This document shows positions 43,201 through 52,845 of a stretch of 64,000 nucleotides of DNA, piece after piece (the first letter of the stretch is position 1; the number at the start of each line of letters is the position of its first letter). The DNA is from Limisphaerales bacterium (GTDB lineage Bacteria; Verrucomicrobiota; Verrucomicrobiia; Limisphaerales; JAJOIW01). Below the pieces are notes generated by a model, which saw nothing but the letters and a program-made list of their open reading frames with translations, did not search any database and was not told the DNA's origin. Position numbers and translations under genes: made by a program. The DNA lies in contig CBFHOE010000005.1 of assembly GCA_965657355.1 (NCBI GenBank), positions 64,001 to 128,000 of the forward strand, given 5' to 3'.

Positions 43201-43579
43201 GAAAATGACATTCACCCAAAGAAACTGTATCAAGTGCCATGGTCAAAACTCAAATTTTGGACCATCCTTAAAAGAAATAAGCGATTTGAACATTGAAAGG
43301 ATATTAAATCACACAATTTTCCCTCATGAGTCTATAGATGAGAAATACAAGACCTGGATGGTCCAGTCAGGCCAGTTAAAGTTCATGGGTTTTAAGATTG
43401 CAGCGAGCGACAAAAATGTCATATTCACAATCAATAGTGAGAGTTCTGTGAGACTTAATATTGAAGACCTAAATTTGGCCGAACCCGCCTCATTTAGTCT
43501 TATGCCAGGAGGGCTTTTGGCAGGACTATCGCAAAAACAGATTATTGATTTAATGGCATATATAAAGAACGCGAAATAA
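40295..43579 (+). CDS. PVC-type heme-binding CxxCH protein (beta-propeller + HEAT-like + cytochrome c), divergent
   Basis: Signal peptide, DNDGDG propeller motif, C-terminal GDPELGK..F..CIKCH...GPSL and SLMPGGLL..LS...I.DL.AY. Confidence 0.8.
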   Translation: MFMVSRFKLILVLLQVGCLGIVPLQALDLTPWLPKEKPMELNSNLGVSVVSGLKISKAPLKSWEISNAVEMTVDSSRNILICGPGFLHKLEVKNGEYGQAQKTVPFTNLGMDYRDIVAVGADVYAGTNQGLWRFTDNDGDGISDGHPKQIQKWQLKKNHHLKMILSHHREILISGVWDWVGSSKSAQNGGKILRYNLSTNALSNYADGFHSPTALGRNLYGDTFCYDKGQLEGRGLPEIIGSKFYHVSPNGFHGYSEISHLVHYQTGHYPESAPYAHFSGLNDYTDFEEYRHYHLPVDFFYGGLFGCDWMSGKLIYFQLNPIKSSYIPQSFIVAEAYEKNGWSPRCVCVTPEGKLLVISSGLSGPGGLYIVQSVFPASTPNPKSEIQVTINQPQPFSSWSYKEWGPLAHAIDEEDFLDILIKTKPTLLEKLAALDCLIVKDFSINDELFDELKLLLNEEVFGYLAQRLNSNKKKTSPYTWIKNLIFSHSNFNIRKSLDVYHLNTDWLANKNHINRIIELCYSEDEGIKYRARSLIQSVKANRVSYLLNDFDSLPLASQVVLFQKFRQYKKLDNDASMKELTRIINSTRNLDILTGCLSEVFYNLELDRDEFFLLKKPNKVLGAEIKEAIIEKSLDLYPTSRTSLNIELSRLMAIMEIEENILAQRLFNQINPGFSFARNVHYLRVALNITNASDIPRRFRKRIAQTILKISRMGENKNALVNSVRIKKIRNLLSRCFKKWDWLEKEVTKLPGFPTFEDGLALQFVNPPNLNEYVKTILAEIKSPLLFDFDKEFVRALTKSQLPNKITTIGQLWNKLNLRKPLLEHLSSRPEKDYLNAFIESLDSGEPECQKLALTGITNISPQPNLAVSQLAILVRSASRETTPLTKNLKEKIWNYFIMQVPDENEFKVNYEGVVNLPNDEFKNKLVNAFITAYPNDEKFLGLDPNDDPKAWKEKMKSSDWESGDPELGKMTFTQRNCIKCHGQNSNFGPSLKEISDLNIERILNHTIFPHESIDEKYKTWMVQSGQLKFMGFKIAASDKNVIFTINSESSVRLNIEDLNLAEPASFSLMPGGLLAGLSQKQIIDLMAYIKNAK

Positions 43580-43642
43580 CATCAGTAAAATTATAAAAAG
43601 TCATCCACGACGTTTGAGATTTGGTCCCAATCATTAAATCGA

Positions 43643-44221
43643 ATGAAGATTAGCCCGAGCCATATAAAGAAGGCCATTGTGAGTATTTGCTTCACCATAA
43701 TGATCCTCTTGATCATTTATGCCATTTCTTACCAACGGCCCTCTGAATTTAGCCCGTCTCAAATAAATACTTGGATTAACCAGGCAGCCGCGTCTTACGA
43801 AGTCGACCCCAGACTCGTGAAAGCAGTTATTTGGAAAGAAAGTAAATTTTTCCCATATGCAAAAGGGGCCGCGGGCGAACTTGGGCTTATGCAAATAAGA
43901 CAGTTGGCAGCCAAGGAATGGGCTACATCGGAAAAAGTAGAACCTTTCGCTCATGGGCATGTCATTCACCCAAAGACCAATACGCTGGCCGGTACTTGGT
44001 ATTTGAAAAAAATGCTCAATAGATATAAGAGCTCCGAAAACCCCATTGTCTACGCTTTAGCTGATTACAATGCTGGCCGCCAACATGTCCTCAGATGGCT
44101 GGAAACCTCATCATTAGAAGACAGCCAGAATTTCCTGAATAAAATGGATTTCCCAAGTACTCGGCAATATATATTGGATATATTGCAGAAATACGATGAG
44201 CTGAGTGAAAATAATAATTAA
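43643..44221 (+). CDS. SLT-domain lytic transglycosylase
   Basis: N-terminal TM; LVKAVIWKES (catalytic Glu), GLMQI, AGTWYL, ADYNAG, TRQY. Confidence 0.9.
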   Translation: MKISPSHIKKAIVSICFTIMILLIIYAISYQRPSEFSPSQINTWINQAAASYEVDPRLVKAVIWKESKFFPYAKGAAGELGLMQIRQLAAKEWATSEKVEPFAHGHVIHPKTNTLAGTWYLKKMLNRYKSSENPIVYALADYNAGRQHVLRWLETSSLEDSQNFLNKMDFPSTRQYILDILQKYDELSENNN

Positions 44222-44287
44222 GCTCATTCTCGAGCTACCCCAGCTGAAGACAAGAAGTGAAAGAATGTCTGAGCATTAAAACTTTAT

Positions 44288-45649
44288 TTACTTACCTAAA
44301 CAGAATTCACTAAAGATTTTGTCTAACAAATCCTCGGTAGAAGTCTTCCCTACAATTTCACCAATAGCACCAGTTGCTAATCTAAGTTCCATTGCGGTAA
44401 TTTCTAATGACCACTCTTCTGCCAATGTTTCTTTTGCCTTCACCAAAGATTCTTGAGCCTTCTTCAATAGAACCTCATGTCTGGAATTAATCATGACTTG
44501 ATCACTAGAGTTGTCTATTTCGCCAGACCAAAATAAATCCCCAATTTGTTGTTTGAGGCTATCTATGCCTTCTTCTGTTTTGCAGGATAAGGAGATGGGG
44601 TTGGGCAAGCCAGTTTTTACAAATGAAGGATTAAGATCGTGTTTGTTACAAACAGTTATTATATTTTTATTTGCCCATTGTTTATGAAATTCCAGATCTT
44701 CTTTATGAAGTGCGTGTGTTATATCGATTATGTGCAGCACAAGGTCAGCGGATTCAATTGAGGCCCTACTACGCTTAATTCCTTCTCTCTCAATTTTATC
44801 ATGAGTCTCCCTAATGCCCGCCGTATCTATAAAAATAATTGGAACTCCATTGATAGAAGCAAACTCTTCGATAGTGTCACGCGTTGTTCCTTCCACGTCA
44901 CTCACAATAGCCCTTTCTTCGCCAAGCAATAAATTCAACAAACTTGATTTACCAGCATTAGGCTTACCCACAATGACCGTTCTGATTCCCTGCCTCAGTA
45001 ATCGGCCATCCTCTGCTGAATCAATTAATTTTTGAGAAAAGGCAATTGCATTCAAAATTCTCGTCGAAAGCATCTCAATCGTATCCGGCGCAATATCCTC
45101 ATCGGGAAAATCGATGTGAGCTTCAACATGGGCTAAGACAGAAAGCAAATCATCTCTCACAGTTTCTATTTTCCTTGAAAGAGCCCCTTGCATTTGTTCC
45201 TTGGCTACTTGCATCGCTTTAGAACTGCGAGCATGTATAAGGTCGTGAACCGCTTCTGCTTGTGTGAGATCTATTCTGCCATTTATAAATGCACGCCGAG
45301 TAAATTCCCCGGGAGTTGCCAGACGAGCTCCTGAGGCCAAAACAGATTCCAAAACCTTTTTCGAAGTCAGTATTCCTCCGTGGCACTGAATTTCCACAAC
45401 CTCTTCAGCAGTGTACGATTTCGGGCCTTTCATGATGGCTATCATAACCTCGTCGACTAATTCACCTTGGTAATAAATGAATCCATAATGAAGGGTGTGA
45501 GATTTTTGCTTAACTAGCTTTTTTTGACCACTAGGAGATTGGTAGATACGGTCGACGAGTAAAAGAGCATCCTTACCTGATACCCTTATGACAGAAAGAC
45601 CGGCTTCACCTAGAGGTGTTGCAATTGCTGCTATTGTGTCTTCAAGCAT
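44288..45649 (-). CDS. mnmE: tRNA modification GTPase MnmE
   Basis: DTIAAIATP, IRVSG, EIQCHGG, GEFTRRAF.NGRIDLTQAE, GKPNAGKSS, GTTRD, DTAG, NKHD, FCLGK. Confidence 0.97.
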   Translation of the reverse strand: MLEDTIAAIATPLGEAGLSVIRVSGKDALLLVDRIYQSPSGQKKLVKQKSHTLHYGFIYYQGELVDEVMIAIMKGPKSYTAEEVVEIQCHGGILTSKKVLESVLASGARLATPGEFTRRAFINGRIDLTQAEAVHDLIHARSSKAMQVAKEQMQGALSRKIETVRDDLLSVLAHVEAHIDFPDEDIAPDTIEMLSTRILNAIAFSQKLIDSAEDGRLLRQGIRTVIVGKPNAGKSSLLNLLLGEERAIVSDVEGTTRDTIEEFASINGVPIIFIDTAGIRETHDKIEREGIKRSRASIESADLVLHIIDITHALHKEDLEFHKQWANKNIITVCNKHDLNPSFVKTGLPNPISLSCKTEEGIDSLKQQIGDLFWSGEIDNSSDQVMINSRHEVLLKKAQESLVKAKETLAEEWSLEITAMELRLATGAIGEIVGKTSTEDLLDKIFSEFCLGK

Positions 45650-45659
45650 GTTTAAAAGC

Positions 45660-45914
45660 TCAATCTCTTAAGCATCCACCATTTGTATTGTCATGGTCTC
45701 TGCCATCGAGGTAGTTTATAGCTTTTTCATAACTTTTCTTATGAAGATAATGAAGGAGCTGAGGATCAGTATCTCGCGGCAATTGGTTTGTCAGATCATC
45801 AATTACTCCGAATAGCTTCACAAAGTTTGGAGCCGCCCCACCATTTTTCATCTGGGCGATGTTTGATTCCAGATTCTTCAGTTCTCTTTGAAGAGATTTT
45901 TCGACATCATTCAC
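45660..45914 (-). CDS. small hypothetical protein
   Basis: 84-aa ORF co-oriented and closely spaced upstream of mnmE; helical pattern, LLHYLHKKSYEKA. Confidence 0.7.
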   Translation of the reverse strand: MNDVEKSLQRELKNLESNIAQMKNGGAAPNFVKLFGVIDDLTNQLPRDTDPQLLHYLHKKSYEKAINYLDGRDHDNTNGGCLRD

Positions 45915-45945
45915 AACACAAAAAGCTTTATATTAAGGCCCAAAG

Positions 45946-45969
45946 CCATGCAAGAGATCTCTTGCATGG
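45946..45969. promoter_or_regulatory. perfect 24-bp palindrome (operator or terminator)
   Basis: CCATGCAAGAGATCTCTTGCATGG equals its own reverse complement. Confidence 0.55.
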
Positions 45970-45991
45970 AGCCCAAGAAATTCGTTTAACT

Positions 45992-48900
45992 CTACTTTTT
46001 ATCTCCTATTGACCACACCTGCTCTAAGCTGTTGCCTTTAATTTCAGGAACGTAAGTAGCCTCACATTTGACAGGGAGCCCATGAAATGTTCCCGGAACT
46101 TGAGCACGTGCTTCATAATCTAAAGACCAAACCCCGGCAGGAAGTTTATCGATAAAGAGAACGCATCTATCATCCCTCCATTCATTATAGGCCAAAATTT
46201 TTCTTCCTGGAGTGCTTACCAGCCTACCATTAGTGTCTTTATGCATGGGAGTAAGCAGAATGCCCCCCCCACTTTTTAGCTTTGTAAATTCGAGACCAGC
46301 AGGCTTGAAGTCTTCGACCATCACGTATTCAAGGTCGACTTTATTTTCTAATCTGACAGTCACATTTATTCTATCGCCACTCGTGGATATTGGCCTGTCG
46401 CCAAGAAGATTACTACTATCTCTATAACCCATTAAAAGCGTTTTAACCGATTTAATTTTGGATACGGACCTTTTAGCAAAAATTGTATTACCAGATGGTT
46501 GAATAGGCTTTTCAAGAGAATAGTAGCGAGTTTCGATGTTGTAATAAAATGGAGTTTTTTGGGTATGGTTTCTTATCTCGACATTAAAATCGTCTTTACC
46601 AAGCAACCCTACCGGAACTGTGACTGAGCTGGATCCCTTCAAAATGGAAGCCTTATCCATTTTTAAATTTTTTATAATATCACCATTAATGACGACATCT
46701 ACGTCCAGATCCTTCTCCAGCTCGCCTGACTCCTTTACATAGGAGGCTAGAGATAAGATTGAGATGGCTGTATCTTTTGTATTATTCCAGCTTCCGGCCC
46801 GCCTTTGAGCTAATAACCAATTGACAGCAGGCTCGAGTAAAGGACTATTCGGATTGATTTTAGTCAAAGCTTCTATTGCTGTCGACGTACCTTCAACCGC
46901 GCTGTCAGACCATCGATAAAAAAGACCGTCTTTTCCCCAATGATGCATAGCTGGCGTGTGGCTCCCTATTCCAAGGTTGATAATCGACGAGGTATCAATT
47001 TTTATAATTCCGTTTTCGAGATTTCTGACGAGTATTTCTGCCTTAACTTTGTCACCATGATTGTGGGCAACAAGCGCCAATAATGATCTTGTGTACGCAC
47101 TAACTTCCTTATGAGTTTTCCACGCGGCATTAAATCCACTGACTTCTTTTGGGTCAGGTTTTTCATTCGGGTTGAGGGCGACCCGAGACTCTCCAATAGC
47201 CCTTAAAGTCCATGCTAGCAGATCCGTTTCAGCGTGAATTGATCCGATAATGTTTAATAAGTAATTGCGCCCTCTTTCCAAGTGAGCTCTGTCGATATCA
47301 ATTCCAGCATCCATGGCGAGACTAAGCCCCCAGACAACATAAGAGGTCATATAAATGTCCTCGCTATTCCGCTTCCACCAGCCCCATCCACCAGATGGTT
47401 TTTGGAAGTCGTAAATAATATCCAGTGAGTTTTTAATGACATTTTCCAAATCTTGAATTTTACCTACGGATTTATTATGCCTTGAGCTCAGATATGATTT
47501 TTCAATTCCTCCTCTTAGATGATTTAGGATGTCTTTCTTTTCCAATCCAAAGTCAGTCAGAGTTTTTAAAACAACAACCGCAGGAACAAATCGGCTCATA
47601 GTTTGCTCAGTGGAGCCATAGGGAAATTGAACAAGATAAGGAAGCGCATCCAACATTGTAACGGCCATGGATGGAGTGACTCTAATGACCATGGAGGTAC
47701 TGTCCTCCATCCTCTGATCTGGCAGTCGAATTTTTGCTAATGCATTCCCTTGTGTTATTTTACCCGATTTAAAATCTAATTTATCAAACCCATGTGGCAG
47801 AATTGATATAGACTTCTCAATACCGTCTGAGAAATCATTTGATCGCACGACAGCTTTTATGCTCGCATCTCCTACAGCATCAGCCTTGACTTTAATCTGG
47901 AAAATACGTTCTTCCCCTTTTTCGATTGAAGCAGAGACTGACAACTGTGATTGTTTGTAGCTTAAAAGTGACGAGTCGATATTCCATGTAAATTTAATTT
48001 TTTGTGGACTTTCAGACTGATTCAATACCGATGCTGCTAAAATAGCCTCGTCAGCCGAAATAAGATAACGAGGCATTTCCACTCTTACTGATAGTGGATT
48101 ATTTGCCTTAACGGAAGATGTTGACTGGGCAACTATTGAATTACTATCGATAAATCTTCCAACGGCGACCCATTCGGTCAAGCTGTCTGGCATTTGGAAC
48201 TCTATTTCTGCTTTCCCCTCTTTATCGGTAATGATGTGAGCCGACCAAAACGCAGTTTTATCAAAATTTGACCTTATGAAAACTTCATCATTGTCTCCTA
48301 CTGGAGAGGACACAGTTTCGCTCACAGATTGCAAAGAATCAGCTGCTTGTCCCATCATCATTGATTCCTCTGCGAGAGGTTGAGCTGAGAAAAATGCATT
48401 ACTAGCCGGGGCCGCTGATCGGTTAGCAAAATCTAATCTCGGAGTAGTTTTACTCTTTCGTCTGACAACCCCTTTTTTGAGGCCATTAGCAACGGGGTCT
48501 TCATTACCCTCAGGTGATGGTTTATGTAGGTTTTGAAACTGGCCAAAATTAAGCATCGATTGAAAACGAACTGTGCTGTAGGAACGATCTCCATAAAAGA
48601 ATTTTTCAATGGGTTTTGAGGTATCTTTTTGTATGTAATCAATTGATTTGTCATATATAGCCAGAGCTAATTCACCTACCAATGGCTGCCCTTCGTGATC
48701 TGAAACTTTGACTGTCCATTTCGAATTACTACCAGGACGGACCACGTTCTCATTAGGAGTGATCTCCAATTTCGCAATTTTTTGTAGTGGTGGAACGATG
48801 ACTTCTTCTTGATCTCTGAAAGCACTAAAATCCCTTACTGAAACGGCATGGATGAAAAAATTCCTCGCGGTCATTGGGTCGACTTTATATCTCTGAATCG

Positions 48901-51817
48901 CCGCATTTCCCTTAATTTGTATTAATTTTTGTGTCCATTCATTGCCGTTTTCAAATGCCAACCACACATAGGCATTCGGCTTGGAAGCACTTAATATGAA
49001 AAGACATTCCTCTCCTGATAATACTGATTTTTGATCGAGGATTATCTCTACCCCTCCTGAACGGTAGGAAACTGTAGACTGATTTTTTTTCAAAACCCAG
49101 GCAGTCACATTGACTTTTTCGTCAAGATACATCGGAACCTGATCTCCAATCCATTGGAATTGGTATATACCAGGCTGCCTTGGCCGCCATTGAAATAAGT
49201 ATTCCCCATTCTCCACTTGGGCTTTTACGAGCTCTACTTTTTCCATAATGAACTCGGGGGTTTGCGTAAAAGGGGGATAAATTTTTGCCCCTGCTTTATT
49301 CAGCTGTGGAATAGGTTTAGTAAAATCCGGATTTTTTAATTGTTTTGAGATGAGGATCTGACCTCGGGGAGAATAAGAATTTTCATTGGCATCTCGAAAA
49401 TGCCATTCAACCTCAACCAGGTCCCCGGGCTTGTGTATTTTGTGTTTCAAATTAGCCCGAGTAAAATACTTCCTTTCAGTCACTTTAACTTCGCCTTCAC
49501 CCCTCACCATAATTCTTGAACTGTCAGTGACTCTCGCTTCAACACTGAATTTATAATCTGTTCCTGGCTCTAAATTCTGGGGGGCAAACCTCAATTGAGC
49601 TATGCCATCTGAGTCAGTTTTGAGAGTCTTTCTGAGAATTTCCTTTCCTCCACCTTGGAATGGAGGTGATAACTGGCCAGAATCCATGAACCAAGGCTCC
49701 GGCCTTGGTTGTAGCCAACCAGAATACCAACGATTCTGTAGGACAACTATTTCAACATCCGCATTTTTTACTGGGGCCCCAAAATAATACTGGGCACTGA
49801 CATCCATTTCTATTGGTTCACCGGGCTTAAATATTTTTCTTACTCCATCTGATTCTGGAACAACTACCTCAACTTTAAAGTCAGGCAACTTGTATTCTTC
49901 CAAACGAAACAATGTATCATAGGAACGCCACGACTTTTCTCCGGATGGTTTTAAGCGCAGAGTATAATTGCCAAGCGTGGCATCAATCGGAATTATGAAT
50001 TCCATGGAGACTGAGCCATAGTCATTGAGTTTTAGTTTTCCCTTTTCAATTTCCTGTCCCCGGGGATTGGTAATGACATAGTCAGTTTGAGCATTTTCTG
50101 GAATCGTGTAAAAACCAGCTTCGGCCAAACGTGAAAGCGCCTTCCATTTGACGATTTCACCAGGCCTGTAAGCCGGACGATCGGAGAATACATAATATTT
50201 TTGATCTCTAGAGGAAGTCGCACCTCTAAAATTAGAGGAATAATTATAATGCACAACCGGCCCCATTTGAGTATCACCGAAAACCAACAACCGACTTCCT
50301 TTCAAGTCAGGGACATTTTCTTGATTGAGGTCAATAAATCCAAACTCATCAGATTTAAATTCGAATCTTCTGTAACTCCATTCACTATTGCGGTTGTTAG
50401 AACGTATACCTCGAATTACAGAAATATCAGCGCCGAGTATCGGCTTTCCCGATTCTGCATGAACTGACATATAGCTGACCCCTTGCGGGTGAGTTTGAGT
50501 AACAAGCATAGCATCAGTAACGAGCAATAATTGCTTTGCAATAATTCCATTCGATTCAGCCACAACCATATAGGAGCCTGTTGGCAGCCCCCCATCTATA
50601 GACACCGTATTACGCTTTGATCTATGCTCCCTAAAATTGTCGTTGGTTATGTTTTTTTCAAAAACTTCCCGGGTATCAGGTGTAATAAAATATTTTGCTA
50701 AATCCCGAGTTGAAATCGCACCATTTTTTAGATTTATTCGAGAGCTGAGATCGAGGGGAAAAATCTTAACCCCATATTTCTCAATGTTTTTTGATGACAA
50801 ATAAAACTGTATGTCGTTTTTTGACTTATAAAAACCAGTGATTAATACATTGATCTCCGGCTTTTGTATGTTGGTAATACGGCTTTGTATTTGATTTACC
50901 AAGCCTGTTTCATTTTGTTTATCTGAATTAATTATTTTCTTATAAATTTCTAGGGCACCTACAAAATCTGGTTCATACCCCCATTGTCCTGTTTCCAGTC
51001 TGAAAGGCCTTCCTGTATTTTCTAAAACTTGTGCTTTTACATAAAGGACTCTCCATAACCAAATGCCTCCGTTTATTTTTTCTATGGATTTATCAATAAG
51101 TTTTAATGCTTTTTCGATATCTCCATTTCCAACTGATGACCTGTAAGAATTAGCCAAATAAATTGTGAATATGCCTATGTCCTCATCGGAGTCAGCCAGA
51201 GAAAGTGCATTTCTTAGTATCTGTATTTCGTCGTAAGAATAACGCTGGCGAGTGAAGTATCTTCCAAAGTTCCTTAAATTAGAGTCACTAGAAAATAGTC
51301 TCTTTGTAATGGAAAGGTATTTTGATGTGGCTTCGGAAGTAGGTTCGGAGCGGGCCCAAAAATCAAGGGCATTAACATAATACATGCTCCATTTATTTCG
51401 AGCATACCTCCCCGATGCTTTGCTGTTTAAGTCTCCAAGTGATTCATGAATCGAAGCTATGATAAAATCTTGGTCTTCAAAAACATTGATTTTTTCAATC
51501 AGTGATTTAAATCGAGAATTACTTTCTTCAATCCAAATATTATTCCTCTGACGCACACTTGCTTTTGCCCTCCAATCACAGTCAATAATTCTGAAGTCTC
51601 GCCAGCTTCTCTGAGCTTGGGAGAGATTTCCTTTTTTTAGGGATAAATATTTTTGATATGCCTTTTGAAAACTGCCCTCCGCATACAACTGCTCAGCTTC
51701 ATTATCGGATACGTCGGCTAACAGTGACTCGCCCTGAGCCTCTTCGACAACGGCAGCCATGGCCAAAGCAAACACAAAAACAAAACCAAATAACCAATTC
51801 TTCATCTTTTTCATCAT
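45992..51817 (-). CDS. bacterial alpha-2-macroglobulin family protein lacking the thioester Cys
   Basis: Signal peptide; SDRPAYRPGE, EEYKLP.F, A.YYFGAPV, R.NF..TAFW, MPDSLTEW, FPYGSTEQT (for YGCxEQT), WNNTKDT, YVMVED..PAGLE, E.RDDR, EATYVPEI. Confidence 0.9.
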   Translation of the reverse strand: MMKKMKNWLFGFVFVFALAMAAVVEEAQGESLLADVSDNEAEQLYAEGSFQKAYQKYLSLKKGNLSQAQRSWRDFRIIDCDWRAKASVRQRNNIWIEESNSRFKSLIEKINVFEDQDFIIASIHESLGDLNSKASGRYARNKWSMYYVNALDFWARSEPTSEATSKYLSITKRLFSSDSNLRNFGRYFTRQRYSYDEIQILRNALSLADSDEDIGIFTIYLANSYRSSVGNGDIEKALKLIDKSIEKINGGIWLWRVLYVKAQVLENTGRPFRLETGQWGYEPDFVGALEIYKKIINSDKQNETGLVNQIQSRITNIQKPEINVLITGFYKSKNDIQFYLSSKNIEKYGVKIFPLDLSSRINLKNGAISTRDLAKYFITPDTREVFEKNITNDNFREHRSKRNTVSIDGGLPTGSYMVVAESNGIIAKQLLLVTDAMLVTQTHPQGVSYMSVHAESGKPILGADISVIRGIRSNNRNSEWSYRRFEFKSDEFGFIDLNQENVPDLKGSRLLVFGDTQMGPVVHYNYSSNFRGATSSRDQKYYVFSDRPAYRPGEIVKWKALSRLAEAGFYTIPENAQTDYVITNPRGQEIEKGKLKLNDYGSVSMEFIIPIDATLGNYTLRLKPSGEKSWRSYDTLFRLEEYKLPDFKVEVVVPESDGVRKIFKPGEPIEMDVSAQYYFGAPVKNADVEIVVLQNRWYSGWLQPRPEPWFMDSGQLSPPFQGGGKEILRKTLKTDSDGIAQLRFAPQNLEPGTDYKFSVEARVTDSSRIMVRGEGEVKVTERKYFTRANLKHKIHKPGDLVEVEWHFRDANENSYSPRGQILISKQLKNPDFTKPIPQLNKAGAKIYPPFTQTPEFIMEKVELVKAQVENGEYLFQWRPRQPGIYQFQWIGDQVPMYLDEKVNVTAWVLKKNQSTVSYRSGGVEIILDQKSVLSGEECLFILSASKPNAYVWLAFENGNEWTQKLIQIKGNAAIQRYKVDPMTARNFFIHAVSVRDFSAFRDQEEVIVPPLQKIAKLEITPNENVVRPGSNSKWTVKVSDHEGQPLVGELALAIYDKSIDYIQKDTSKPIEKFFYGDRSYSTVRFQSMLNFGQFQNLHKPSPEGNEDPVANGLKKGVVRRKSKTTPRLDFANRSAAPASNAFFSAQPLAEESMMMGQAADSLQSVSETVSSPVGDNDEVFIRSNFDKTAFWSAHIITDKEGKAEIEFQMPDSLTEWVAVGRFIDSNSIVAQSTSSVKANNPLSVRVEMPRYLISADEAILAASVLNQSESPQKIKFTWNIDSSLLSYKQSQLSVSASIEKGEERIFQIKVKADAVGDASIKAVVRSNDFSDGIEKSISILPHGFDKLDFKSGKITQGNALAKIRLPDQRMEDSTSMVIRVTPSMAVTMLDALPYLVQFPYGSTEQTMSRFVPAVVVLKTLTDFGLEKKDILNHLRGGIEKSYLSSRHNKSVGKIQDLENVIKNSLDIIYDFQKPSGGWGWWKRNSEDIYMTSYVVWGLSLAMDAGIDIDRAHLERGRNYLLNIIGSIHAETDLLAWTLRAIGESRVALNPNEKPDPKEVSGFNAAWKTHKEVSAYTRSLLALVAHNHGDKVKAEILVRNLENGIIKIDTSSIINLGIGSHTPAMHHWGKDGLFYRWSDSAVEGTSTAIEALTKINPNSPLLEPAVNWLLAQRRAGSWNNTKDTAISILSLASYVKESGELEKDLDVDVVINGDIIKNLKMDKASILKGSSSVTVPVGLLGKDDFNVEIRNHTQKTPFYYNIETRYYSLEKPIQPSGNTIFAKRSVSKIKSVKTLLMGYRDSSNLLGDRPISTSGDRINVTVRLENKVDLEYVMVEDFKPAGLEFTKLKSGGGILLTPMHKDTNGRLVSTPGRKILAYNEWRDDRCVLFIDKLPAGVWSLDYEARAQVPGTFHGLPVKCEATYVPEIKGNSLEQVWSIGDKK

Positions 51818-51912
51818 ATCCGAATACCACTTCTTTTGGTTAGGGACTCATAAGCACCCACAATTAGTAAAACACACAAGATATTGTTTCATTAGAAATA
51901 TCTTTAAATTTC

Positions 51913-51941
51913 TTGCATCAATCTTTCGTATGAAATAATGT
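51913..51941 (+). promoter_or_regulatory. putative sigma70 promoter of the PEP-CTERM gene
   Basis: TTGCAT, 17-nt spacer, TAATGT, followed by a leader hairpin GCAGGTT-ATAA-AACCTGC (~51959-51976). Confidence 0.4.
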
Positions 51942-52085
51942 TAAGTTGTTGTATGTGAGCAGGTTATAAAACCTGCGCTGTGAGAATGAGAGTGTGCTAT
52001 TTTTAATTCTTCCCCAAAATTCGGGTCGTCGAATTGTCATCAATTAGAATCTCTTCCTTCTTTTAACTTAAGTATGTGAAAAATT

Positions 52086-52772
52086 GTGATGAAAAAACCT
52101 TACATAAAATTAATTATCAATAAGTTTAAAATTGCCCTGCCTTTAGTGGCTGGTTGCGCAAATCTAAATGCCGCTGTTGTAACCTTTGACTTCGAGGGAC
52201 AAACGGGCGGCGATCTCGATGGACTGACTTCGGGATTATCTCTCGTCGATTCCTACCAAATGAATGCCGTTACCTCAGTTGGTAAATTTAATCGGACAAA
52301 CTCCGGCTTTGGTATCGATTCCCCGGGTTCCGATGACTCAGATGCATTTGATGGTATATTTTCTCCAGAGAGCATTTCTTTCTCTTTTGAGAGCTCGGGT
52401 AAATTAACTTCGATTGAATTCGATCGATTCACAAATTCTGCCAACGATGCATTTTCTCTTTCATATGCAGGAAACCCTCCCGTGAGCTACAATAAATCTG
52501 ATCTGGGCTCAGCCAACCTCCTATTGTTAGACTGGGATTTTTCCCCGGGTGAAAATTTTAATTTAAGCTTCGAATCAGGAAATGGGTTCGGTCTGGAAAC
52601 CATGTCAGCAGAAATGACACCAGTTCCAGAGCCAAGTGAATACGCACTCATCTCAGCTGGATGCTTGGTTGCCTTTGCGCTATCAAGGAAAAAAACAAAA
52701 AGGAAAAATTTTAAAAATCCTTGTAAGGGATTAAATCGGAGCCCCTGGTGGACCCCAAGATTTCTTCAATAA
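52086..52772 (+). CDS. PEP-CTERM sorting-domain surface protein
   Basis: Signal peptide; PVPEPSEYA, hydrophobic helix, RKKTKRK, then an unusually long tail. Confidence 0.88.
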   Translation: MMKKPYIKLIINKFKIALPLVAGCANLNAAVVTFDFEGQTGGDLDGLTSGLSLVDSYQMNAVTSVGKFNRTNSGFGIDSPGSDDSDAFDGIFSPESISFSFESSGKLTSIEFDRFTNSANDAFSLSYAGNPPVSYNKSDLGSANLLLLDWDFSPGENFNLSFESGNGFGLETMSAEMTPVPEPSEYALISAGCLVAFALSRKKTKRKNFKNPCKGLNRSPWWTPRFLQ

Positions 52773-52845
52773 CCTGACAAAATAAAGATCCTCGATGCCG
52801 CTGCAACGGCGGCCGCATGTTCTCCCGCTTGTTCATGCACTATTC

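Noticed and set aside
52746..52760. Minus-strand GGGGTCCACCA resembling a tRNA/tmRNA 3' end
   Set aside because: There is no T-arm (GTTCRA) upstream, no cloverleaf and no tmRNA 5' end.
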